From IMG/VR virus record IMGVR_UViG_3300042287_000745, positions 10,736 to 74,735 of that record: 64,000 nucleotides of DNA, one strand, 5' to 3'. The notes beneath the pieces were generated by a model. The model ran no database searches and was not told where the DNA came from. It saw nothing but the letters and a program-made list of their open reading frames with translations. A program made the position numbers and the translations under genes. Source of the DNA: a virus. Below, one piece after another: positions 49,171 through 57,110 of this stretch (positions within the stretch are counted from its first letter, which is position 1; each line of letters opens with the position of its first letter).

Positions 49171-49454
49171 TGATAAATCCATTTGAAAATATATTTATTT
49201 GGATAAAAGAGGATTGGAAATCTTACCCACTTCGTTTTACGGTTGAGATTATTGCATGGACAATGAGTATTGGATGTACTATGTGGATGGGATACACTTT
49301 GCCGAATCCTCCTTTCATCTATCTATATCCGCTATTCATGGTACAATGTATGTTATTTGCTTGGTCAGCCTGGACTAGAGGATCGACCGGTATGATCGCA
49401 AATTATCTATTAATTGTAACGATAGATGTAGTAGCATATGTGAGGATGTTATGA
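49170..49454 (+). CDS. Small membrane protein (about 3 TM helices)
   Basis: 94-aa hydrophobic ORF translationally coupled on both sides. Confidence 0.7.
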   Translation: MINPFENIFIWIKEDWKSYPLRFTVEIIAWTMSIGCTMWMGYTLPNPPFIYLYPLFMVQCMLFAWSAWTRGSTGMIANYLLIVTIDVVAYVRML

Positions 49455-49891
49455 GTTTATTCGGTAAGCCGGTCGAAAAAATTGAGGAAGTTCCTTATAA
49501 GTCTCCCGCAATATCTCCCTTTGATTTTATTAATTCTATACATTATTCTAAACAAAACTTAATAGTAGATGAATGGTCTGAAAAACAATATAATCCCTTT
49601 ATTATAAACAAAGGATTATCCTATGGACATGATACCGTTATTCCCGCAAATGAGATGAATTCCCGTCCTCATTTGGATAAAATTCTTCAATTTCACTTTC
49701 TCATAAATATTGTTAGACCTAGAAAAAGATTCAATAAATGGATAAAGGTCGATAAAATCGATGAATTGGAAGTTGTAAAAGAATACTATGGCTATAGCAC
49801 AGAAAAAGCCAAACAAGTACTCCCCCTTCTCAATGAGTCGATTCTTGATAAAATGAAGAAAAGCTTAACAAGGGGTGGTAAGAATGAGTAA
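49451..49891 (+). CDS. gp62: Clamp loader small subunit gp62
   Basis: YNPFIINKGLS, ANEMN, RPRKRF.KW and EYYGYS.EKA motifs. Confidence 0.92.
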   Translation: MSLFGKPVEKIEEVPYKSPAISPFDFINSIHYSKQNLIVDEWSEKQYNPFIINKGLSYGHDTVIPANEMNSRPHLDKILQFHFLINIVRPRKRFNKWIKVDKIDELEVVKEYYGYSTEKAKQVLPLLNESILDKMKKSLTRGGKNE

Positions 49892-50318
49892 TGACATCAT
49901 TTCAATAAATTTTCCGGGATATAATCCGTTAGAAGTAATTTTAACTGAACCCGATGATTTTCTTAAGGTAAGGGAGACCTTAACTCGAATAGGAGTAGCG
50001 TCGAGAAAAGATAAAACACTATATCAATCATGCCACATATTGCACAAGCAAGGTAGATATTTTATTGTACATTTTAAAGAGTTATTTGCATTAGATGGAA
50101 AGGTTGCAGATCTCTCTGAAAATGACCTGCAACGAAGAAATACTATTGCCAAATTGCTAGTGGATTGGGGATTGGTAGAAATTAGCAATCCTCACAATTT
50201 TGTAAATTACGCCCCTCTTTCTCAAATAAAGGTTATATCGCATAAAGAGAAAGATGATTGGACATTAGAAACAAAGTATAACATTGGCAAGAAAAAGATG
50301 CCAATGGGATATAAATAA
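49884..50318 (+). CDS. regA: Translational repressor RegA
   Basis: DDFLKVRETLTRIG and QSCHILHKQGRYFIVHFKELF motifs; ATG at 49884. Confidence 0.96.
   Translation: MSNDIISINFPGYNPLEVILTEPDDFLKVRETLTRIGVASRKDKTLYQSCHILHKQGRYFIVHFKELFALDGKVADLSENDLQRRNTIAKLLVDWGLVEISNPHNFVNYAPLSQIKVISHKEKDDWTLETKYNIGKKKMPMGYK
50310..50317 (+). promoter_or_regulatory. T4-type late promoter upstream of pqqA
   Basis: TATAAATA overlapping the regA 3' end. Confidence 0.75.
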
Positions 50319-50433
50319 TATTTTAGATGTAAAATATATTTTACACATTGATCTCACATTGAATTTTTGCTGCAGCATCTTCAATAAACTGATCTGTATC
50401 AGCAGTACTTTTTATTAAAACTAGGAGAAAAAT

Positions 50434-50505
50434 ATGTGGACAACACCATCAGCAATTGATTTGCGTTTCGGGTTCGAAATCACAATGTACATTGCAAATA
50501 GGTAA
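50434..50505 (+). CDS. pqqA: Pyrroloquinoline quinone precursor peptide PqqA (23 aa, MWTTPSAIDLRFGFEITMYIANR)
   Basis: Translated by hand; W..P....R.GFEITMY with the ExxxY precursor motif; AGGAG RBS at 50423-27; absent from the ORF track. Confidence 0.92.
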   Translation: MWTTPSAIDLRFGFEITMYIANR

Positions 50506-50510
50506 TACCG

Positions 50511-50648
50511 CTTTCCTCGGGATGGGAACGTAAAGACTTCACCTTAGGACCGCTTTGGTACGGAGCGTGAATTAAGCTGGCACAACGATAGGGTGTCCCT
50601 GTATTCAGTAAGCAGGATAGCTATGCCTTCGGGGTAGCACTTTTTTTT
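50511..50648 (+). ncRNA. Candidate structured RNA (five consecutive hairpins ending in a UUCG hairpin and U8)
   Basis: Non-coding, GC-richer stretch; stems at 50513-28, 50538-71, 50579-97, 50598-616 and 50620-38. Confidence 0.45.
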
Positions 50649-50670
50649 AACTCGCTTAATAGGAGCACAT

Positions 50671-50967
50671 ATGATTACAGCCGATATTTTTATCGACACA
50701 GTTCAAAACGGCAAACGCCAATTCATTTCTAAATATGTAACGGATAAAGACCTTGCAAAACCACTTAATGATTTTGTGGATGCGCAAACTGTATTCTCGC
50801 ATGCAGTAGTTTCTTCAGTAAAAGAATCTTTTGGTCATCTAAATAAAAAAATAACTCAAAGCAAAATTGAAGAAGTAATCAATCCATTTAATATTGACTG
50901 GGTTCAGGCCGGTATGAAAGCCTGGTTAGATCAACCGGCAACTAAAGCTAAACCGTTTAAGGAGTAA
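50671..50967 (+). CDS. Hypothetical amphipathic protein, possibly phasin-like
   Basis: FIDTVQ..K..F and FVDAQT pattern; AGGAG RBS. Confidence 0.5.
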   Translation: MITADIFIDTVQNGKRQFISKYVTDKDLAKPLNDFVDAQTVFSHAVVSSVKESFGHLNKKITQSKIEEVINPFNIDWVQAGMKAWLDQPATKAKPFKE

Positions 50968-50970
50968 CAT

Positions 50971-51492
50971 ATGGCAACTCCTGCTTTTAGTAATTTTATC
51001 TTTGGCCCAGCGTATAAGGATGTTGAGAAATTCTTTGTCGGATATGATCAACAATTTGATCGCATGGCAAAATTTCATGATGATCTAGCAAAAAACGTAC
51101 CAAACTATCCTCCGTATAACATTAAGAAAACGGGTGAGAATACATACGCTATTGAATTAGCAGTCGCCGGATTTGGTAAACAGGATATTGAGATTGAATT
51201 TGCAGATGATGTATTAGTTGTTAAGGGGAATACTTCCGAAGACAACAGCGATTATTTGTTCAAAGGAATCGCCGCACGTAATTTTACACGTACATTCGCC
51301 TTGAATGAGCAAATTGAAATTAAAGATGCGGAACTTTTTAATGGTATGCTAAAAATAATACTAGAGCGTATTATACCTGAGCATAAAAAACCAAAAAAAA
51401 TTGAAGTGAAAGATACAAGTGAAATTGTTTCTGCTACAGGAAAAAAGTCTAAGAAAGAATTGTTATTAGAGGATACTAATGCAATTGATTAA
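50971..51492 (+). CDS. hsp20: Small heat-shock protein Hsp20 (IbpA-like)
   Basis: YPPYNI, IELAVAGF, GIAARNFTR.F and NGML.I.LERIIPE motifs. Confidence 0.95.
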   Translation: MATPAFSNFIFGPAYKDVEKFFVGYDQQFDRMAKFHDDLAKNVPNYPPYNIKKTGENTYAIELAVAGFGKQDIEIEFADDVLVVKGNTSEDNSDYLFKGIAARNFTRTFALNEQIEIKDAELFNGMLKIILERIIPEHKKPKKIEVKDTSEIVSATGKKSKKELLLEDTNAID

Positions 51493-51637
51493 AAAAGTTT
51501 GTAATCTTTTTTCATTGAAGAATCGCTATAATTCAGATTTAGAAAATTTTATTCTTAGTAATAATCCAAAAGATGTTTCAGATGTAGAGCGGTTGGCAAA
51601 ACAATATGATGCGGCTCGCAAAAACAATTTTTATTAA
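51479..51637 (+). CDS. Small protein, DUF3563-like (52 aa)
   Basis: Translated by hand: MQLIKK...LENFILSNNPKDVSDVERLAKQYD; GAGG RBS; not in the ORF track. Confidence 0.55.
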   Translation: MQLIKKVCNLFSLKNRYNSDLENFILSNNPKDVSDVERLAKQYDAARKNNFY

Positions 51638-51642
51638 ATAAA

Positions 51643-51662
51643 TGCGGGGGGAAACCCCCGCA
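51643..51662 (+). terminator. Strong GAAA-tetraloop hairpin (terminator or stabiliser; no U-tract)
   Basis: TGCGGGGG-GAAA-CCCCCGCA. Confidence 0.6.
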
Positions 51663-51676
51663 ACTGAAAGGACATT

Positions 51677-52015
51677 ATGATTAGATTACTTAAATTGATA
51701 ACCAGTGAAGAAATTGTAGGCGATTGCACTAAACGAGGATCAAAGATTTTTGTAAAAAAACCTTGTGCGATTATGTTGATTCAATCTAGATCGACTCCGG
51801 ATCAACATTCTATGGCATTAATTCCATACGCAGGTTATACTAAAGGGCATGAGGTTCAAATTGAATCTAAGCATATTGTATGGGAAGCTGAGTTGGATGA
51901 GGATGTATTAAATCAATACAACTCATTATTCGGATCAGATATTCAAATTGTGTCTGCCTCAGTAGAAAAACCAACAATCCCTAATACATCTACATTAAAC
52001 ATTGTAAAAAATTAA
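51677..52015 (+). CDS. Conserved hypothetical protein (Sm-like fold)
   Basis: IRLLKLITSEEIVG...QYNSLFGS.I motif typical of the gene near gp43 in T4-like phages. Confidence 0.7.
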   Translation: MIRLLKLITSEEIVGDCTKRGSKIFVKKPCAIMLIQSRSTPDQHSMALIPYAGYTKGHEVQIESKHIVWEAELDEDVLNQYNSLFGSDIQIVSASVEKPTIPNTSTLNIVKN

Positions 52016-52022
52016 TCTAAAA

Positions 52023-52043
52023 AACTAGGGCAACGCCCTAGTT
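52023..52043. terminator. Hairpin terminator between convergent genes
   Basis: AACTAGGGC-AAC-GCCCTAGTT preceded by an A-run (U-tract on the minus strand). Confidence 0.75.
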
Positions 52044-52049
52044 CTAGTA

Positions 52050-52511
52050 TCAAATCGCTTCTTTACCGCATACTGAAATAAAGACTTGCTCGCGAGGCGT
52101 ATTCGGTGCATCTAAATTTGTAATAAAATCCCCCATTTGATGTCGTTGTACCCATACTATTTTATTATTTGCATCAGTGAAAAAATCAGTTATTAGATAT
52201 AACTTAGCAGTATCACATTCAATTAAACCAAAACTATAAATTTTCTTTACCGGTACTGGTATTTGATCATATTTCACTTCATCAGTAAAGACAATCATAC
52301 TATGCATCTTAAACATTTCATCGGACTTAGCAAATCCGCCTTTATTTAAGTATAACTGATATGTAGATTCTTTTGCAACAAATTTCCAGTCAGAATCAAC
52401 ATATGCGATAGTATAACTCTCTTGTTCTTCAATAAAATGGAATTTAAATTCATTTGCTGCGAATGTAACTGATGCGAATGCTAATAGAATAATTGCTAAT
52501 AGTTTTTTCAT
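52050..52511 (-). CDS. Secreted/periplasmic protein with signal peptide and two Cys
   Basis: MKKLLAIILLAFASVTFA signal peptide. Confidence 0.75.
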   Translation of the reverse strand: MKKLLAIILLAFASVTFAANEFKFHFIEEQESYTIAYVDSDWKFVAKESTYQLYLNKGGFAKSDEMFKMHSMIVFTDEVKYDQIPVPVKKIYSFGLIECDTAKLYLITDFFTDANNKIVWVQRHQMGDFITNLDAPNTPREQVFISVCGKEAI

Positions 52512-52531
52512 GTCAATCCTTCGAAGTGAGC

Positions 52532-52831
52532 CTAGTCTCGATTAAAAAATCTTTTCTTAGGCTTAGGTGGTACTACAGGTTTAGGTGGGGGTTCAGGTTC
52601 AGGTTCTTTTTTCTTAATAGAGATATTATCTTCTCTTAACATCTGTTTAACAAGTTGTACGGTTTTCGCAAGTTCTCTATCCGCAACCATTTTTATAGCT
52701 AATAGTTTGCTATCATAATTATTTGCTCCCTCCAGCAAATCTTTAGATATGGTTATCTTCTTTTTTGGTTTTAATGCTTGGAGTTGTTTCTTAAACTCTT
52801 CTGATTCTGGTGTCTTTTCTTCTTCGCTCAT
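52532..52831 (-). CDS. Hypothetical protein with Pro/Lys-rich C-terminus
   Basis: 99-aa ORF in the minus-strand operon. Confidence 0.65.
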   Translation of the reverse strand: MSEEEKTPESEEFKKQLQALKPKKKITISKDLLEGANNYDSKLLAIKMVADRELAKTVQLVKQMLREDNISIKKKEPEPEPPPKPVVPPKPKKRFFNRD

Positions 52832-52838
52832 TTTTTTC

Positions 52839-53489
52839 CTAGGTGCAATCTACCCATCGTAAAGTTGAATACCAATCATACGTTGGACTACCTTTAGGTA
52901 TAAAGCAAGTGCCTAGTTCGGGATTTTGCTGTATCCTATCCTGTACGATCAAATACATACAACCCACGTACAAAAATATTGCAAGTAATATTGTTGCAAC
53001 CCATGAACTATCATTAAGTAATGCTTGTAATTTTCTTCTTCGTCTAGCAGCTTTAGCCATAGCTGCAGCTCGCGCTTCTTTTTGTTCTTTTTCTGCTCGG
53101 TCTCGTTTTTCTTCTATAAGGTCAGACAAACGTTGTCTTTCTGTACTAAATCTACTCCATATATCACCCAACCCAGGCGTTTGATAAATTAACATTTCTC
53201 GCAATTCTACTTCGGCTTGCTCAAGTTGCATCTGCATCATAACATTATTTAAAGCTTGAGAATTCACCTTAGATGGGTCATCACTTTCTTCACTTTCCTT
53301 TTTTGCTTGAGCAGCAGCTTCTTGTACTACTCCTTTGGCATCTAAAAATTTTCCAATATTTCCAGATACCTCCATTGTAATTTCTGATACATCTGCCGCT
53401 GCTGCTTGACATTCTTTATAGAACTCCACACCCGATCTTATTGCTTTTAATGCCCCTTGCGCCATCGCAAAGGCGGTGATTGGATCCAC
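52839..53489 (-). CDS. Coiled-coil membrane protein (MDPIT..A family) with C-terminal TM and Cys pair
   Basis: Helical N-terminal region and TM WVATILLAIFLYVGCMYLIV; AAGGA RBS. Confidence 0.75.
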   Translation of the reverse strand: MDPITAFAMAQGALKAIRSGVEFYKECQAAAADVSEITMEVSGNIGKFLDAKGVVQEAAAQAKKESEESDDPSKVNSQALNNVMMQMQLEQAEVELREMLIYQTPGLGDIWSRFSTERQRLSDLIEEKRDRAEKEQKEARAAAMAKAARRRRKLQALLNDSSWVATILLAIFLYVGCMYLIVQDRIQQNPELGTCFIPKGSPTYDWYSTLRWVDCT

Positions 53490-53506
53490 GTCATTCCTTT
53501 TTCTTC

Positions 53507-53878
53507 TTAACTTTTTAGTTCCTCCGCAGCTTCTTCTGCTTCGGCCCGATTACTAATTTCTGCTTGAAAGGCAGATCTTTGCATTTCTGCGCCTGCCATT
53601 GCCGCTTCCCTGCCTGTACCTGCAAGCATAATACCGCTCAATGTTCCGCATAAAAATGTTGCCACGGGAATAATAAGTTCAAAAAATTTACTATCAATAG
53701 GACTTATTGCATCTAGCGGCTGAGTCACAAAAATAATACTATATAACACTACAAAAATAATGCCAATTAACGTAAATGCTAAACACGCACCAATAAACAC
53801 TTTAAGTCTAACCATAAGTTCAGATTCAGTATATCTTTCTCCAGGTTTAGATACTTTCGATTTTTCGCTATTTTTCAT
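53507..53878 (-). CDS. Two-TM membrane protein (holin-like topology)
   Basis: Two hydrophobic segments; ATGA overlap with the upstream lipoprotein gene. Confidence 0.75.
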   Translation of the reverse strand: MKNSEKSKVSKPGERYTESELMVRLKVFIGACLAFTLIGIIFVVLYSIIFVTQPLDAISPIDSKFFELIIPVATFLCGTLSGIMLAGTGREAAMAGAEMQRSAFQAEISNRAEAEEAAEELKS

Positions 53879-54051
53879 CTTTTCAAATCCTTATTAAAAA
53901 TTAGTTCAGGGCAATCTCGATTCACTTCACATATTGGTTTTTTGCATTGTGGGGTATTCCAATTCCCCGGATCTTGACATGGATATCTAAATGCTTGATT
54001 GCACCCTGCCAGTAGTAAAATTATAAAAATACAATATTTTATATACCTCAT
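53875..54051 (-). CDS. Small Cys-rich lipoprotein (58 aa; LAGC lipobox; RYPCQDPGNW..PQCKKPIC....DCPE)
   Basis: Translated by hand; GAGG RBS; stop codon overlaps the next start; not in the ORF track. Confidence 0.75.
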   Translation of the reverse strand: MRYIKYCIFIILLLAGCNQAFRYPCQDPGNWNTPQCKKPICEVNRDCPELIFNKDLKR

Positions 54052-54052
54052 G

Positions 54053-54328
54053 TTATCCTCGTCTTGTCCATGAACTTATGCCAACGTATGCGCCCACTAC
54101 GCCACCCAATGCAATCCAGTACAATTCCAATGCAGAACTGATTCGTTCAATCCTTGATTCTGGGACAACAAACATAATAGAAAATGCTGTGACAATGATG
54201 GAAATTAACGCTACCCATGCCATTCTTCTTCTATTTTTTGCTCGTTGTTCGTAGATAGTATATTCCTTTTTATCTAAAATTCCATCATGGTTTATATCAA
54301 TAGATTCTAGATTTTCTTCAGTAGCCAT
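54053..54328 (-). CDS. EF-hand plus two-TM membrane protein (holin candidate)
   Basis: DINHDGILDKKE canonical EF-hand loop, then two TM helices. Confidence 0.7.
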   Translation of the reverse strand: MATEENLESIDINHDGILDKKEYTIYEQRAKNRRRMAWVALISIIVTAFSIMFVVPESRIERISSALELYWIALGGVVGAYVGISSWTRRG

Positions 54329-54549
54329 TTACACCTCTCATGTTATGCCGTAAATCTATACGTTAGTATTTCTACGAGTTTGCGTATGAAGGTAATGCTA
54401 TTATAGGTGTGGGGGTAGTGCTCGAATCAGATGCGGTTTAATTTAAACCGAGGACAATGTCATTACGAAGTGCCACTTTGCACGGCCTTCATATTTTTAA
54501 CCCATTTTATTTGGACATTTTATTTGTAAATAATGGTTAATCTCATCTT

Positions 54550-54557
54550 TATTTATA
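54550..54557 (-). promoter_or_regulatory. T4-type late promoter driving the minus-strand cassette
   Basis: TATTTATA on + equals TATAAATA on -. Confidence 0.75.
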
Positions 54558-54614
54558 TAGGTAAAGCCTTAAATATATTATATAATAAGACAAGTAATAT
54601 AAACGAGGAGTTTT

Positions 54615-57110
54615 ATGAAGTTCTACACTAGTGTGAATCAGTATGGTAATAATATTTTGGTTCGGGGTATTAACAATGGAAAGCGGGTTCAGGATAGAAT
54701 TCCGTTTAAGCCGAAACTATTTGTCAAATCTAAAAATGAAGCAAAGTATAAATCGCTGTATGGGCAGAACTTAGAACCGGTTCAATTTGATAGTATTAAT
54801 GATGCAAAAGACTACGTAAGTAAATATAAAGAAGTAGAAAATTTTCCGATATTTGGTAACACTAACTACGGTTATCAGTATATTACGGAAAACTTCTCGG
54901 ATGAAATTGAATTCGATATAAGTCAAATTAAAATCTGGTCATTGGATATTGAAACTTCCGCCGAATTGGGATTTCCTGATGTTGCAAATCCCCAAGAACA
55001 GTTGTTAGTTATCACAACTCAAGATGCAAATACTAAAGAACTGATGTCCTTTGGTCTACACGACTATGTAGTTAAATCAGAAAAACACACGTATATTAAA
55101 TGTAAAGACGAAGTAGATTTATTGAAAAAATTTGTAGACTATGTTGCAGCAGATCATCCGCATATTATTACAGGTTGGAATGTAGAATTTTTTGATATCC
55201 CATATCTATGTAACCGTATTACTCGAATTTTAGGAGAAGATTATGTGAAACGTCTTTCACCCTGGAAAGTTGTTAAAGAAAAAAATATTATTAAACTGAA
55301 GAAAGAAAATATTTCGTTTGAATTGTTGGGTATTGCGATTTTAGATTACCTTGATCTGTATAAAAAGTTTACTTATACCAATCAGGAATCATACAAATTA
55401 GATCATATCGCAAAAGTAGAACTGGGTAAAGAGAAGTTATCGTATGATGAATTTTCGTCATTTACTGAATTCTACAAAAATGATTGGCAAAAATTTGTAG
55501 AGTATAACATTCGAGATGTTGAACTGGTAGATGAGCTTGAAGAAAAGATGAAATTAATTGAACTCATCTTAACAATGGCGTATGATGCAAAGTGTAACTA
55601 TATTGATATTTTCTCTGCAGTAAGAACATGGGATTGTATTCTTTATAATGAACTATGGAAGAAAAATATTGTTGTTCATCAACGGCAGGAAAAAACAGGA
55701 AGAAGTATTGCTGGTGCGTATGTACAAGAACCTAGACCAGGTAAGTATAACTGGGTAGTATCGTTTGATGCGACAAGTCTGTATCCTAGTATTATTATGC
55801 AATATAATATGTCACCTGAGACTTTGGTAAGTACATATCCTAAATTTTATGATGTACAAATGAAGACGTTGCTAAATGGTACAGCCGACTTGTCTGAGCT
55901 AGAAGATAAAAAGTATTGTATGACGGCAAATGGAAGGTGCTTTACGAAGGAAAAACAGGGAGTATTCCCGGCAATTGTTCAGAAGCTATTTGACGATCGA
56001 ACTAAGTATAAGAAACTTATGCTTGAGGCACAATCTCAATACGAGGTAACTAAGAATAAACATTGGCAAAAAGAGATATCCAAATATAATAATTTTCAGA
56101 TGGCTCGTAAGATTCAGATGAATTCTTTGTTTGGTGCAATGGCAAATGAATATTTTAGATTCTATGATGACCATATTGCGGAAGGCATTACCCTTACGGG
56201 GCAATATATTATTCAAAAAGTTGGCAAAGCATTGGACGACTATTTAAATAAAATTTGTGGTACTAAAGATTTTAACTATTCTTTTTATTCAGATACAGAC
56301 TCCTGTTACATAACATTAGATCCGCTAGTACAAAAGTATTATAAAGATCACTCATCTGAGAAAATTGTAGAATTACTTGATAAAATCTGCGAAGATAAAA
56401 TTCAGGAAGTACTTAATAAAGTATGCAATGAAATTTCAGGATACACGCATGCGTTTGATACTAAGATTAATTTTAAGCGAGAAGCAATTGCCGAAACTGG
56501 CGTATGGGTTGCAAAGAAGCGATATGCACTAAATGTTTCTAATAATGAGGGTGTACAATATAAAGAACCGAAATTAAAGGTTATGGGTCTGGAGATTGTT
56601 AGATCATCTACGCCTGAACCTGTACGAGATGCTCTACGAGGCGCGGTTAAATTAATTTTAACTAAAGATGAGGAAGTAGTGCAGAAATATATTATGGATT
56701 TTGAGAAAGAATATAAACAACATGCTCCAGAATTAATTGCATTTCCTCGGGGTGTGAATGGTCTCGGAAAATACTCCGACAGATCAAATATATATAAGCA
56801 TGCGACACCCATGCACGTCCGTGGCGCACTTCTTTATAATTTCTATCTTGACAAGTTTGATCTTGGTAAAAAATATGAACGTATAAAGGAAGGGGATAAG
56901 ATCAAATTTATTTACCTCAAAGAACCCAATACTATAGGTGAAAATTGTATAGCATTTAATACTGTTATACCTTCTGAAATGGATTTAAAGAAATATTCAG
57001 ATTATGATTTGATGTTTCAGAAATCTTTCCTAGAACCTTTAACCACAATTTTAAATGGTATTGGTTGGACCGCAAAACCACAAGCAACGCTAGAAGGATT
57101 ATTTGGATGA
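54615..57110 (+). CDS. gp43: Family B DNA polymerase gp43
   Basis: DIET exonuclease motif, SFDATSLYPS, KIQMNSLFG, YSDTDS and KKRYAL. Confidence 0.97.
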   Translation: MKFYTSVNQYGNNILVRGINNGKRVQDRIPFKPKLFVKSKNEAKYKSLYGQNLEPVQFDSINDAKDYVSKYKEVENFPIFGNTNYGYQYITENFSDEIEFDISQIKIWSLDIETSAELGFPDVANPQEQLLVITTQDANTKELMSFGLHDYVVKSEKHTYIKCKDEVDLLKKFVDYVAADHPHIITGWNVEFFDIPYLCNRITRILGEDYVKRLSPWKVVKEKNIIKLKKENISFELLGIAILDYLDLYKKFTYTNQESYKLDHIAKVELGKEKLSYDEFSSFTEFYKNDWQKFVEYNIRDVELVDELEEKMKLIELILTMAYDAKCNYIDIFSAVRTWDCILYNELWKKNIVVHQRQEKTGRSIAGAYVQEPRPGKYNWVVSFDATSLYPSIIMQYNMSPETLVSTYPKFYDVQMKTLLNGTADLSELEDKKYCMTANGRCFTKEKQGVFPAIVQKLFDDRTKYKKLMLEAQSQYEVTKNKHWQKEISKYNNFQMARKIQMNSLFGAMANEYFRFYDDHIAEGITLTGQYIIQKVGKALDDYLNKICGTKDFNYSFYSDTDSCYITLDPLVQKYYKDHSSEKIVELLDKICEDKIQEVLNKVCNEISGYTHAFDTKINFKREAIAETGVWVAKKRYALNVSNNEGVQYKEPKLKVMGLEIVRSSTPEPVRDALRGAVKLILTKDEEVVQKYIMDFEKEYKQHAPELIAFPRGVNGLGKYSDRSNIYKHATPMHVRGALLYNFYLDKFDLGKKYERIKEGDKIKFIYLKEPNTIGENCIAFNTVIPSEMDLKKYSDYDLMFQKSFLEPLTTILNGIGWTAKPQATLEGLFG

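Noticed and set aside
50470-50483. GGTTCGAAATC resembling a tRNA T-loop
   Set aside because: No cloverleaf can be built; it encodes GFEI of PqqA
50511-50648. Self-cleaving ribozyme (hammerhead/pistol/twister/HDV)
   Set aside because: Catalytic core consensus sequences were not found by eye; kept only as an unassigned structured RNA
54440-54546. Chain of mini-ORFs on the minus strand as a pseudogene or stop-codon recoding
   Set aside because: They do not join into one plausible frame, and TAA, TAG and TGA all serve as normal stops elsewhere in the window
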